From Promethearchaeota archaeon (GTDB lineage: Archaea; Asgardarchaeota; Lokiarchaeia; Sigyniarchaeales; SOKP01): 50,002 bases of DNA. Below the pieces are notes generated by a model. The model ran no database searches, had not been told where the DNA came from, and was given only the letters and a program-made list of their open reading frames with translations. Within the stretch, counting starts at the first letter, position 1. Each line of letters opens with the position of its first letter. A program made the position numbers and the translations under genes. Shown piece by piece: positions 39,935-50,002 of this stretch. Location of the stretch: assembly GCA_048938445.1 (NCBI GenBank), contig JBHLME010000014.1, positions 1 through 50,002 on the forward strand. The letters run 5' to 3'.

Positions 39935-41305
39935 TTAGACAGAAGTAAACTCGGTTTTCTTAAATCCGAATAATCCTAAAGCTTCTGAAAGCTCTTTATG
40001 TCCTTTATCTTTTGCATACTGTTTAACTGGAATTCCTTGCATAGCCGCATCTATTGCTTGTCTAAATGCTTTCGCACCTGCTATAGGTCCACTTGGATGA
40101 GCATGAATTCCTCCACCACTACCAATCATAATGTTTGGACCGAGATCGTGAACAACTTTCTCTACAACACTCACCGTAATTCCACCGCTTGGCATTGGCA
40201 TTGTTGCTTTGATGTGAGGCGCATTTCCCATAGGCATAACCATTTGTCTTGCTGTTTCTTGAAATCTATCCGCCAATGTTGGTGCTTTTCCATAAGGAGC
40301 AGGGTGAACGATGAAATCACATCCAGCAAGCCTTCCAAATTTACCCAAGATTAAAGGACTAGAGATACCACTCCAAGGATCCTGATAGAATGCTCCTGCA
40401 AGATCCATATGTCCTAGAATGGGTACTTTAACTGATGGGTCTTCCGCCAATTTTCTCATTGCAGAATACCCCACTGATATATGATTTACCATCAACGCAT
40501 TAGCGCCATGTTCTTGAACAATATCCGCTAATTCGAACATTCTCTCCACGCGGTCGGTTATATTAACAGTATAAAGCGTTTTTTCTCCTTTTTCTGAATC
40601 CGCTCTGTCAAGAGCTTCCATGAACTTAGTAACTCTTTCAGTTACAGGATTAAATCCCACATCTGCAATTAATTCATCATCTTTTATCACATCACATCCT
40701 CCGACTGCTGCTTGATATGCAAGTTCAGCTCCCACCTCGGGTCCCGTATAGACACATGGTTTTATCATATTGTTTAAAAGAGGTCGGTCTTTAACACCAA
40801 GTATTTTTCTGGTTCCTACATCTCCAAATTTTGGACCCTTGAATTCTTTTAAAAATTCTTTTGGAAATCTTACATCAACCATCTTTAGAGGACCTCCCAT
40901 AGATATATTCCCATAAATAGTCGTAAATAACATTGGGAATTGAGGCTTGAAATTCAATGGATATGCGACCTGAACACAATACTGGTAATTCTTAGGACTG
41001 TCAAAGAGTTGTTCAGCACCGTCATATTCCAAATCAGGAATTCTCCACCACCCAATGACTTTAGCAACGTGTTTTCTTCTCGTTTCTGGAGTTTCTGCGG
41101 GTACAGGCACGAAGGTTCCAGTTGATTGTTCAATACATACTGCTTGCATCATGTAAAAAGCATCCATCTTACGCGGAAGCATTGCAATATAGGTAGCGAT
41201 TATATGATTTTCATAATCAATATCTTCAGGCAAGGCATTTGGCCTTGATCGAAATTCATCCACAATACTTTGAGACCAATTATCCCAATTCTGTTTTTTT
41301 GCCAT
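39935..41305 (-). CDS. RuBisCO-like protein (form IV)
   Basis: EQSTG, IKPC, IKDDE, Y.VNIT, SGG, GGGIHAHP; K177 and R295 equivalents replaced. Confidence 0.9.
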   Translation of the reverse strand: MAKKQNWDNWSQSIVDEFRSRPNALPEDIDYENHIIATYIAMLPRKMDAFYMMQAVCIEQSTGTFVPVPAETPETRRKHVAKVIGWWRIPDLEYDGAEQLFDSPKNYQYCVQVAYPLNFKPQFPMLFTTIYGNISMGGPLKMVDVRFPKEFLKEFKGPKFGDVGTRKILGVKDRPLLNNMIKPCVYTGPEVGAELAYQAAVGGCDVIKDDELIADVGFNPVTERVTKFMEALDRADSEKGEKTLYTVNITDRVERMFELADIVQEHGANALMVNHISVGYSAMRKLAEDPSVKVPILGHMDLAGAFYQDPWSGISSPLILGKFGRLAGCDFIVHPAPYGKAPTLADRFQETARQMVMPMGNAPHIKATMPMPSGGITVSVVEKVVHDLGPNIMIGSGGGIHAHPSGPIAGAKAFRQAIDAAMQGIPVKQYAKDKGHKELSEALGLFGFKKTEFTSV

Positions 41306-41418
41306 ATTATATCATCTCAATTTTATATTAATTAGGAAATTCTATTGAAATTTCATTTTTGAATTTAAATTATCATTAATATTATTATAATCAATTTTGT
41401 TTAAAAATTTATTCTATA

Positions 41419-41441
41419 TTTGGAAAATTCAAATTTCCAAA
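41419..41441. promoter_or_regulatory. Inverted repeat TTTGGAAA-N7-TTTCCAAA in the divergent intergenic region
   Basis: Perfect 8-bp arms between RLP and putative regulator. Confidence 0.4.
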
Positions 41442-41507
41442 AGTGAAGATTTAAATTAGAGACGATCTTATTATAGTATAAAGGTAAATTGAAAAGGTGT
41501 ATAATTC

Positions 41508-42482
41508 TTGAAAAAAGAAGAAAAAGAATTTTATGATTATGCGGCTTATTATGGTATTTCAGATTTCTCTGATTTATCAATTGCTGAGGTAGCAACTTTA
41601 CAATTTTTGGCTAGGTTTACAATTCCAGTAATTAGACATGAGTTATACACGCAAATTAAACAATTTATAGAATTTCAGGAAGATCACTCAATGTTAAATG
41701 CATTTAGTAGAACTTCTGAAAACCATTCGAAGTATTATGAGTGGATTAAGAAAAAAAAAACCTTTAGCACGTCAAGTTTTTATAATAGCCTTGATGTTTT
41801 AGCAGAGAGAGGATTATTACAATTTAATAAGAGTGAAACAAAAAAGCGATTAAAAATAGAACCTACAAAGTTCACTAATTATATACCAAAATTATTATTA
41901 AAATTTTTAATCAATAACATTGTTCTTAATAGAGAGGAGGATCGATTGATTTCCAGTTTAAAATACTTTCAGGAAGGTAAAAGAGTCCTTTCAATTTGGT
42001 TTTCTGAATACATTGTATTTTCCATAGTTGAAAAATTGGCTAAAACTGTTGAAAAATTATACATCCTTCCTAAAAATGAATCACCTCTCGATGTGAATGT
42101 CATGAAGAAAGAAAAAATAATAGTGACAAATATCGATAATCAGAAGATTAGAGAACCTGAAAATGATTACGATGCAGTTATTGTACCAGTTTATAAAAAA
42201 AATCCAAAATTCCATGGAATGACAAGAAAGCAGATTTTAGATGAAATAATAAGAGTTACTAAGCCTAATGGATTTATTTGTCTCATTACTCTATCTGATT
42301 TACCCTCTACAAATAATCCATATGCGGATGAACTCATAAATTTATATAGATTATTAATGAATAATAGGATTTTTCAAATAACAGAACTTAAAGATGATAT
42401 GACCAATGCGAATCTTAATAATATTGAAGTGCATGAAGAACAAGGACTTCTAATTGGAACAGGATTTAATGGTTCGAATTAA
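41508..42482 (+). CDS. Putative winged-helix regulator with methyltransferase-like C-terminal domain
   Basis: STSSFYNSLDVLAERGLL wHTH pattern; YDAVIV...ILDEIIRVTKPNG without a glycine-rich SAM motif. Confidence 0.55.
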   Translation: MKKEEKEFYDYAAYYGISDFSDLSIAEVATLQFLARFTIPVIRHELYTQIKQFIEFQEDHSMLNAFSRTSENHSKYYEWIKKKKTFSTSSFYNSLDVLAERGLLQFNKSETKKRLKIEPTKFTNYIPKLLLKFLINNIVLNREEDRLISSLKYFQEGKRVLSIWFSEYIVFSIVEKLAKTVEKLYILPKNESPLDVNVMKKEKIIVTNIDNQKIREPENDYDAVIVPVYKKNPKFHGMTRKQILDEIIRVTKPNGFICLITLSDLPSTNNPYADELINLYRLLMNNRIFQITELKDDMTNANLNNIEVHEEQGLLIGTGFNGSN

Positions 42483-42517
42483 AGGATAAATATGAATATT
42501 TTTATTATAAATGAAAA

Positions 42518-44422
42518 ATGGTGATAATAATGGATGAAAAAAATAATAAATATATATTAGCTATTGATCATGGGACATCTGGAGCTAAAACTGCAATTGT
42601 CTCAATGAAAGGTCAAGTATTAGATTGGGCATTTGAAGAAGTACCACTATATCTATCAGAGGGAGGTGGGGGAGAACAAGATCCTAAAGAATGGTGGGAT
42701 GCAATTTTAAAAACTGCAAAAAGATTGATTGATAAAAAAACTGTCCTTGTAGAAGATATCGTGGGAATATGCAATACAAGCCAATGGAGCGGAACAGTCC
42801 CTGTCAATGAAAAGGGAATTCCTTTAATGAATGCAATTCTTTGGATGGATACACGTGCTGCAGAATTAACTCGTAAGTTATGTGGAGGACCAATAAGTTC
42901 TGGAGGTTATTCCATTTTTAAGATTTTACGCTGGTTGAAAAGATGTGGTGGTGGACCATCATTAGCGGGTGTAGATACACTCTCACATATTCTCTGGTTA
43001 AAACAGGAACGTCCCGAGATATATAATAATACTTATAAATTTCTTGAACCTCAAGATTACATTAATTTTAAGTTAACAGGAAAAATGGCGGCTTCTTATT
43101 GTTCAATACACTTACATTGGGTAACCGATGTGAGGGATCCTTATAATATTAAATATTCAAAAAAACTAATTAAAAAAGTAAAAATAGATCGAAACAAGCT
43201 ACCTGAGCTAAAAAAATCTATAGATGTTTTAGGGACTATTTCAGAGGAGGTGGCAGAAATCCTTGGTTTAAAAAAAGACACGAAAGTCATAATGGGTGCA
43301 CCCGATGTCCAGTCTGCCGCTATTGGCTCTGGAGCTGTTGGTGAGTATGCAACTCACATGTATGTGGGGACTTCGGGGTGGGTATGGAGTCATATTAGTC
43401 AAAAAAAAGTGAATATTATTGATAATATTGGTACAGTACCTTCCCCCGTTGAGGGAAAATTTATATTCGGTAACGAGCAAGAAATTGCGGGAGGGACGTT
43501 ATCCTTCTTACGAGATAATATCCTTTATCATACTGATTTACTGTTAATAGAACAATATAAAGATAAACTCGATGAAGTTTTTACTAAATTAATAAAAGAA
43601 ATCTCAGATATGGAAAATCTAAGTGAAACTGAATTAGATTTTATAAAACAACGATTGTTGAATTATGAGGATGAACTCCTCCATGATAATGACATTAAAA
43701 ACGTGAACATTGCCTTAGATAAAATTGCACTTGATTTAGGGAAAGAACAGAAGATTCAAGGTCAAACATTAGAATATCTAAAAGAACAATTTAAAAAATA
43801 TAAAAATGAAGTGCTAAGAGAAGCACCATTAAAGAACGTGTACAAATTATTTGATAAAATAGTAGAGAGAACACCTCCTGGAGCGAATAAACTAATTTTT
43901 ACTCCTTGGTTATATGGTCAAAGAGCCCCTCGTGCGGATGATACCCTAAGAGGTGGTTTATATAATTTTTCTTTAAACATGACCCGAGGAGATTTAATAA
44001 GATCAATTTATGAAGGTGTTGCATATAATACTAGATGGTTATTCGAAGCAGTAGAGAATGTTGTTAAGAAACTGAAAAGCAAGGGTGATTCGGAAGTTAA
44101 GAAAGAAAAGGAAGTCATACCAGAGCTTACTATAATTGGAGGCGGGGCAAAGAGTGATATTTGGTGCCAAATCTTTGCTGACGTTCTCAATAGAAATATA
44201 AAGCAAGTAAAGGATCCAATTCAAGCGAATGCTCGAGGTGCTGCATTTATTGCTTCGGTTGGACTTGGATATATTACATGGGAAGATGTATCTCAGTTCA
44301 TGGAATATTCAAATATATTCACGCCCAATCCAGAGAACCGGGAGATTTATGACCAACTGTTTAAAGAATTTAAAAATATCTACGATATGACAAAAAAAAT
44401 GTATAAACGTCTAAATTCTTAA
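42518..44422 (+). CDS. FGGY-family carbohydrate kinase (xylulokinase-like) with internal helical triplication
   Basis: AIDHGTSGAK, EQDP..WW, WMDTR, GTSGW, PWLYGQRAP, GGGAKS. Confidence 0.9.
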   Translation: MVIIMDEKNNKYILAIDHGTSGAKTAIVSMKGQVLDWAFEEVPLYLSEGGGGEQDPKEWWDAILKTAKRLIDKKTVLVEDIVGICNTSQWSGTVPVNEKGIPLMNAILWMDTRAAELTRKLCGGPISSGGYSIFKILRWLKRCGGGPSLAGVDTLSHILWLKQERPEIYNNTYKFLEPQDYINFKLTGKMAASYCSIHLHWVTDVRDPYNIKYSKKLIKKVKIDRNKLPELKKSIDVLGTISEEVAEILGLKKDTKVIMGAPDVQSAAIGSGAVGEYATHMYVGTSGWVWSHISQKKVNIIDNIGTVPSPVEGKFIFGNEQEIAGGTLSFLRDNILYHTDLLLIEQYKDKLDEVFTKLIKEISDMENLSETELDFIKQRLLNYEDELLHDNDIKNVNIALDKIALDLGKEQKIQGQTLEYLKEQFKKYKNEVLREAPLKNVYKLFDKIVERTPPGANKLIFTPWLYGQRAPRADDTLRGGLYNFSLNMTRGDLIRSIYEGVAYNTRWLFEAVENVVKKLKSKGDSEVKKEKEVIPELTIIGGGAKSDIWCQIFADVLNRNIKQVKDPIQANARGAAFIASVGLGYITWEDVSQFMEYSNIFTPNPENREIYDQLFKEFKNIYDMTKKMYKRLNS

Positions 44423-44471
44423 AGTTTAAAAAAATTAATAAGAAATAATAGAAATTCTTATAATTAATTTT

Positions 44472-45887
44472 TTAGTTGAATAAATTAGTATCATATTTCC
44501 AGAGATCGTTTAAAATTCCTTCTCTTACCGATCCAGCATATCCACGACCTCCAAAGAGCCAGAGATTGTCATCAGAATCTGTCCAAGAAATTGCATGTCT
44601 TCTTGCTCCAGGAATATTGCCCATACTTAGAACACCCTTTATACCATAGACACCATAATTTTCATAAAAGTTAAGGATTCTCTTTCCTGAAAGCCACGTC
44701 CATGTCGAACCGTCAAATTTCCATAGGTCTTTTAGTTCTCCAGAAACACCAAATTCAGGATATCCAAATCCCCCAAACAGCCACAAATTGTCTTGGGAAT
44801 CTATCCAAGAAACAGCACCATATCTACTTCCAGGAAAATTAGCTTGATCAGGAACATATTTTATGCCATGCACACCATTTAAATCGAGAATTTTATGTCC
44901 CGACACCCAAGTCCAGTTTGCACCATTAAATTTCCATAGATCATTTAAACTTCCTTTGCTAGATGATGTCGAATACCCAATTCCACTAAAAAGCCAGAGA
45001 TTATCATCAGAATCAATCCATGAAACGGCATCACTTCTACTACCAGGATAATTTTCCGCATTTGGAATTCCTTTTATACCATAAATCCCACATGAAGCTG
45101 TAGTTTTATTTCCCGATATCCACGTCCAATTCACGCCATCAAATTTCCATAGGTCATTTAAATACCAACCAAATCCTGATTCTGGGAGTCCTTCACCTCC
45201 AAAAAGCCATAAATTATCGTCAGAATCAATCCAAGAAACAGCATAATTTCTACTCCCAGGATGATTCGCTGCGTCTGGAACTCCTCTCGTGCCATATACT
45301 CCTTGTTCATATAATGACTTACTTCCCGATATCCACGTCCAATTCTCACCATCAAATTTCCACAAGTCATTTAGATCACCTGAACCACCAGATTCTGGAT
45401 ATCCATCACCTCCAAAAAGCCAGAGATTATTAGATGAATCCGTCCACGAAACGGCACCCTCTCGACTCCCTGGATAATTAAGCGGACTTGGAACTCCTTT
45501 CGTGCCGTATACACCATTTATATTAGTTGTTTTGTTTCCCGACATCCACGTCCAAGTCACGCCATCAAATTTCCATAAGTCGTTTAAAAGATCTTTCTCT
45601 CCCGATTCAGAATATCCTTCACCTCCAAAAAGCCAAAGATTATCATTAGAATCCATCCAAGAAACAGCGCCATATCTACCTCCAGGAAGATTTGCCGGAC
45701 TTGGAACACCATTCGTGCCATAGATTCCATTTACATCAATTGTTGTGCTTCCTGACATCCATATCCATCCAAGTTCATTGGAAAAATAATTTGAATAAGA
45801 AATATAAAGGTAAAAAACGACTAAAAATCCAAGAGAAGCCCCCATAATGATACCGATGATAATGAGTGCTTTTAAGTTCTTATCCAT
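44472..45887 (-). CDS. Membrane-anchored Kelch/galactose oxidase-like beta-propeller protein
   Basis: Six ~71-aa repeats PGxR..AVSW.DS..NLWLFGG.G...LNDLWKF; N-terminal TM. Confidence 0.85.
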   Translation of the reverse strand: MDKNLKALIIIGIIMGASLGFLVVFYLYISYSNYFSNELGWIWMSGSTTIDVNGIYGTNGVPSPANLPGGRYGAVSWMDSNDNLWLFGGEGYSESGEKDLLNDLWKFDGVTWTWMSGNKTTNINGVYGTKGVPSPLNYPGSREGAVSWTDSSNNLWLFGGDGYPESGGSGDLNDLWKFDGENWTWISGSKSLYEQGVYGTRGVPDAANHPGSRNYAVSWIDSDDNLWLFGGEGLPESGFGWYLNDLWKFDGVNWTWISGNKTTASCGIYGIKGIPNAENYPGSRSDAVSWIDSDDNLWLFSGIGYSTSSSKGSLNDLWKFNGANWTWVSGHKILDLNGVHGIKYVPDQANFPGSRYGAVSWIDSQDNLWLFGGFGYPEFGVSGELKDLWKFDGSTWTWLSGKRILNFYENYGVYGIKGVLSMGNIPGARRHAISWTDSDDNLWLFGGRGYAGSVREGILNDLWKYDTNLFN

Positions 45888-46166
45888 CTTAAATCACAAT
45901 CTAAGAATATTGTTTTTTAAAAATTTTTTTGCTATTTTAGATAGACCAAGCAATATTATTTTTTGTCTTTGATATTTTACTTCGAAACAAAATATAAAAA
46001 TGTTATCTATTCATTTTAAATGAAGAATGAAGAAAATTGAGAAAAATAATATTTCTTAATGAAGAATTTAAAATTATTTATTATTTAGATAAGAAAAAAT
46101 TAATACAAGTAGTTAAATACGTAAAATAAAAAAAAATATGAATAAAAAGTAAATAAAAAAAATTGG

Positions 46167-48017
46167 CTAACCTCTTACTCCTCTCCCTTTTTCCATTCTT
46201 TCTATGTCTTTCTCTTTAAGAGCACGATGTTGGACTTTACCAGTTAAGCTAACGGGAAGCAGTTTGACGAACTCGATATATTTTGGGGTCTTCCATTTTG
46301 CCATATTCTCAAGACACCATGCTTTAATTTCTTCGTTTGTAATATCATTTCGGTGTTCCCTTTTCAATATTACCCATGCTTTAATAGCCTCTCCAGTCAT
46401 TTCATCTGGCAAACCCGCAACAGCGACTTCTTCTATATAGGGGTGATTCCCCATTAGATCTTCAACCTCTTTAGGGAAGACAGAATGCCCTGAGACCTTT
46501 ACTAAGCTTTTCTTCCTATCTCGAATCTCGATAAATCCGTGTTCATCCATGTATCCAATGTCTCCGGTAAGGAGCCATAACTTCCCATCCCACATTTTCA
46601 AATTATCTTCTTTGATGGTTTCTCCAAGATATCCCTTCATGACAATTGGAGCATGTACGCAGATTTCTCCTGTATGTTCGATTCCAAAATTGCCCAATTC
46701 TTTCGTTCCATCACAAATTGGACCAGCTTCGAAATTATCAGATGGAAAAATAGCCCAATCTACTCCAGGTAAAGGTAATCCAAGCTTACCCTTTTTATAT
46801 TCACCCCAGAATGGTGCAATGCTCACGACCGGAGAAGTTTCCGTCAAACCATATCCTACCCTGATAGGACAAAACACTTCCTCCCAAGGTTCCCTCACGT
46901 AATCATGTAAAGGTCCTGCTCCAGAATTAGCAATTTTAATTTTTTCATGTATGTTATATTTCTTTTTAAATTCTTCAACACCCATATTTAGCATATAATC
47001 CGTGAGTCTCTTGAATAACATTTCAACTCCTACATAAATGACACCTTCAGGACAATCTAATTTTGTGATTGTCTCACATAGTTCTTGATCAGAAGGGGGT
47101 TTAGGGAATAAGAGCATTACCATTCCAAGTGCTAAACCTCCATTCATTACACAAGTCATTCCGAAACTATGAAAGAATGGAATACTTCCAACAGTTATCA
47201 TTCCTGGTTTTAATTGTGTCCAAGGTTCCATCATCTTCAGGTCTAAGTATAGGTTTGCATGGGTAAGGACTGCTGCTTTAGGAAGCCCTGTCGTACCACC
47301 AGTCATTAAATAACACGCAGCATCCTCCCATGGATCAATATCTACTTGAATTTCTTTAGGTTCGGTTTCATCAATGATTTTTTTCAAATGATGAATGCTA
47401 AAAGTTTCTGCACTCTCAGGGATTTGGTGAGCATAGGATGGAACTCCTTCTCTTATTCTCTCAAAAATTTCAGGAGGAGCGTTGATAAAATCTAATAGAT
47501 CCGTCCAAATCATGTGTTTCACGTTAGTTTGATCTAAAACTTTATTTGGACCCGCGGTATACAATCTATCCATTACTACTAGAACTTTTGCATTTGTTAT
47601 AGTTAAAGTATGAAGCAATTCCATTGGTTTATATGTTGGGTTTACACCTGCGACAACGGCACCTATACCAATTGCGCCCATATAACAAATCACGAAATTG
47701 GGAGAATTAGGGACGTCGATGGCGACTACATCACCCTTTCGTATTCCTAACTCATCATATAAAAAAGCACCAAACCTGAGGGCCATATCCCACATCTTTT
47801 TTAACGTGTATCTCTCGTGATAAGGCCCTAAAGCAAAGATACATACATCTTTATCCCATAAATCATTTTTATCTGCTTGAAATTTGGTTCCTTCATTTAA
47901 AGGCATCACATTTACATCTTCGATTTGATGAAGCTGATGAGGAACTCCTTCTGGCCAGTAACCTCCTGTAAACCAGACTTTATTTTCATCTACTATAAAA
48001 TCTTCTAATTTTGGCAT
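46167..48017 (-). CDS. Long-chain fatty acid-CoA ligase (AMP-binding family)
   Basis: TGGTTGLPK, GYGLTETSP, TGDIG, DRKK, TGKV. Confidence 0.88.
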   Translation of the reverse strand: MPKLEDFIVDENKVWFTGGYWPEGVPHQLHQIEDVNVMPLNEGTKFQADKNDLWDKDVCIFALGPYHERYTLKKMWDMALRFGAFLYDELGIRKGDVVAIDVPNSPNFVICYMGAIGIGAVVAGVNPTYKPMELLHTLTITNAKVLVVMDRLYTAGPNKVLDQTNVKHMIWTDLLDFINAPPEIFERIREGVPSYAHQIPESAETFSIHHLKKIIDETEPKEIQVDIDPWEDAACYLMTGGTTGLPKAAVLTHANLYLDLKMMEPWTQLKPGMITVGSIPFFHSFGMTCVMNGGLALGMVMLLFPKPPSDQELCETITKLDCPEGVIYVGVEMLFKRLTDYMLNMGVEEFKKKYNIHEKIKIANSGAGPLHDYVREPWEEVFCPIRVGYGLTETSPVVSIAPFWGEYKKGKLGLPLPGVDWAIFPSDNFEAGPICDGTKELGNFGIEHTGEICVHAPIVMKGYLGETIKEDNLKMWDGKLWLLTGDIGYMDEHGFIEIRDRKKSLVKVSGHSVFPKEVEDLMGNHPYIEEVAVAGLPDEMTGEAIKAWVILKREHRNDITNEEIKAWCLENMAKWKTPKYIEFVKLLPVSLTGKVQHRALKEKDIERMEKGRGVRG

Positions 48018-48193
48018 ATTTGATTCACTATATTAAATTTTTTTAAACATTTTTAGTTAAATTTTTATTTTAGATTTTGATTAATATAAAATTTTGATTT
48101 AAACGTATAAATAGTTTTCCCGATTTTTTGCATTCTTTTAATGAAAACAATTACTGTATAGATCATTACTTAATTTCATATTATACACTTAAG

Positions 48194-49087
48194 ATGAAAT
48201 TTAAAGAAACACTTAAAAACAAGCTGAGAGGTATCTTAAATCAACAAGAATTGTCCTTACTCCCAAGTGGATTCCAAACTATTGGAAATAAATTGATAAT
48301 AAAATTAAATCCAAAAATATTAGATAAAAAAGAATTAATTGGAAAGGCACTTTTAGAACTTTTACCTTATATTAAATCAATTTATATTAATCATGGAAAA
48401 ATTAAAGGTAAATTTCGACAACCTGAAAAGATTGAATTTCTTGTTGGAGAAAACAATCCGATTGTTGAACATAAAGAACATGATGTGACATATAGATTTG
48501 ACATTACTCAAATAATGTTTAGTAAAGGTAATATTAATGAGAGAAAACATCTTGCCACACTTGTTCAACCAAAAGAAATAATTGTAGATATGTTTGCTGG
48601 AATAGGATATTTTTCATTACCCATTGCGAAACATTCAGATGTAGAGAAGGTTTATAGTATTGAATTGAATCCCATTTCATTCAAATACTTATCTGAAAAC
48701 ATAATGATAAATCATTTAGAAGATAAAATTGTTCCTATTCATGGAGATTGTAAGGAGGAAGTAATTAAACTTAGTACTTCTGGTATTAGAGCAGATCGTG
48801 TTATCATGGGTGTATTTCCAGCACCAAAAGACTATATTAATGATGCTCTTACCTTAACAAAAAAAGAAGGAACGATATATCACTATGAAGGAGTAGTGGA
48901 TAAAGAACATTACATGGAATTATATGAAGAATTTAAAGAAATTGCTAATGAAAAAGGATATCAAAGTAACTTAAAATCGAAGAGATTCGTGAAAAGTGTT
49001 GGTCCAAATTTATATCATGTTGTTTTAGATATTCTTGTATCAAAAAATATTAAAAAATACCAGAATAACAGTACGTTTTTTAAGTAA
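48194..49087 (+). CDS. taw2: tRNA wyosine-pathway SAM-dependent transferase, Taw2/Tyw2 (Trm5 family)
   Basis: MFSKGNINER, VDMFAGIGYF, ELNP, ADRVIMG, HY; ATG 48194 preferred over TTG 48128. Confidence 0.8.
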   Translation: MKFKETLKNKLRGILNQQELSLLPSGFQTIGNKLIIKLNPKILDKKELIGKALLELLPYIKSIYINHGKIKGKFRQPEKIEFLVGENNPIVEHKEHDVTYRFDITQIMFSKGNINERKHLATLVQPKEIIVDMFAGIGYFSLPIAKHSDVEKVYSIELNPISFKYLSENIMINHLEDKIVPIHGDCKEEVIKLSTSGIRADRVIMGVFPAPKDYINDALTLTKKEGTIYHYEGVVDKEHYMELYEEFKEIANEKGYQSNLKSKRFVKSVGPNLYHVVLDILVSKNIKKYQNNSTFFK

Positions 49088-49201
49088 GTATATTATTATT
49101 TTATTTATTATAAAAAAGATTTGAATGTTTAATTAAAATCTTGATTTGAACAAATTAAAGATCTATAGTAACACATGTAATAAGAAAAAAGAGGAGAATT
49201 C

Positions 49202-50002
49202 ATGCCAGAAAATCCATTAATCGGATTGGATTATTCCCATAACAATAATCTAACTTTAGAAGCCCCTAGTTATGCCGAATTCACGGAATTTTTATTTTCT
49301 TCTGGATATAAACTTGGTAAAATTCAGGCAGGTTTTGATTCAGCAAGTAAATTGGAAAATTATGACATGATATTACTTTCAACACCGAAAAATTCAAATT
49401 TGACAAGAAATGAAATCGAGGTTTTAGATGAATATGTAAAAAACGGTGGAAGTCTCTTGATTGTGAGTTCAAGCGGAGGAGATCTAATAAATGGTACTAA
49501 TTTGAATGAATTATCTCATATTTTTGGATTTGAATTCGTTCCTGATGAAGTGAATGATTCCATGAATTATGTAAATCTTCAAAAACGCCCAATTTTATCT
49601 AAATTTAAGCCACACGTGCTTACTGAACAGGTAAGGAAAATAGTTTATTCTAGTGCATGTTCTATAAAAGTGTTAGATTTTGTTGAGGCAGATGAAAACA
49701 TTAAAATTGATGTAATTCTTAAAGGTGGTCTCAATTCTTGGACGAGAACATTTAATGGTCAAAATTGGGAAGAACAAGATAATCCAAAAATTCCCCTAAT
49801 GATAGCTGTTAATTATTATAAAGGGAAAGTGGTTGGATTTGGAAATCTATCAATTTTTTCATCACTCGGACGAGAATATGGAATAACTGCTCTCGATAAT
49901 AATATCCTTATTGCAAATATCTTACGATGGTTGACTGTTGGAGCATATTCAGAAGGAAAAGTAGTAACAGTTAATTTATTATTGGAATTTTATTATTGGA
50001 TT
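49202..50002 (+). CDS. Partial GIFT (GldG/IFT52/DUF4350-like) domain protein running off the window end
   Basis: Hand translation MPENPLIGLDYSHN...LENYDMIILSTP...EIEVLDEYVKNGGSLLI...TNLNEL...FG...GKVVGFG; GAGGAG RBS. Confidence 0.65.
   Translation, partial: MPENPLIGLDYSHNNNLTLEAPSYAEFTEFLFSSGYKLGKIQAGFDSASKLENYDMILLSTPKNSNLTRNEIEVLDEYVKNGGSLLIVSSSGGDLINGTNLNELSHIFGFEFVPDEVNDSMNYVNLQKRPILSKFKPHVLTEQVRKIVYSSACSIKVLDFVEADENIKIDVILKGGLNSWTRTFNGQNWEEQDNPKIPLMIAVNYYKGKVVGFGNLSIFSSLGREYGITALDNNILIANILRWLTVGAYSEGKVVTVNLLLEFYYWI

Noticed and set aside
39935-41305. Bona fide CO2-fixing RuBisCO (form III)
   Set aside because: KPK reads KPC, HR reads HM; no AMP phosphorylase or R15P isomerase context

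Overview
AT-rich archaeal chromosomal segment whose gene content points to an Asgard archaeon of the Lokiarchaeia/Promethearchaeota type (Rab-like GTPases, Loki-type C-terminal anchor, stand-alone 7TM proteins, proteasome alpha paralog, Taw2); this taxonomy is inferred from gene content only. About 45 CDS; no rRNA, tRNA, CRISPR or transposase was recognised. The main observation is a lipid locus in two blocks (439-3222 and 9237-12613): a double-domain PlsC acyltransferase, two reductase-type subunits, a BcrAD/BadFG activase ATPase and a degenerate PlsC. Together these resemble the anaerobic plasmalogen/ether-lipid synthase (PlsA/PlsR, Ger) coupled to bacterial-type acyltransferases. Both blocks are preceded by a homologous ~96-bp promoter carrying a palindromic AACAWWTGTT-like box. 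Other notable items: a Rab-like GTPase fused to an NDT/TIR-like domain with a candidate structured RNA upstream, a SIR2-15xTPR protein, an HdrD-like protein with a GltD module inserted in it, a RuBisCO-like protein/aminotransferase/FGGY kinase divergon, and C2-like and IFT52/GIFT-like proteins. All calls come from motif recognition by eye; no searches were run.
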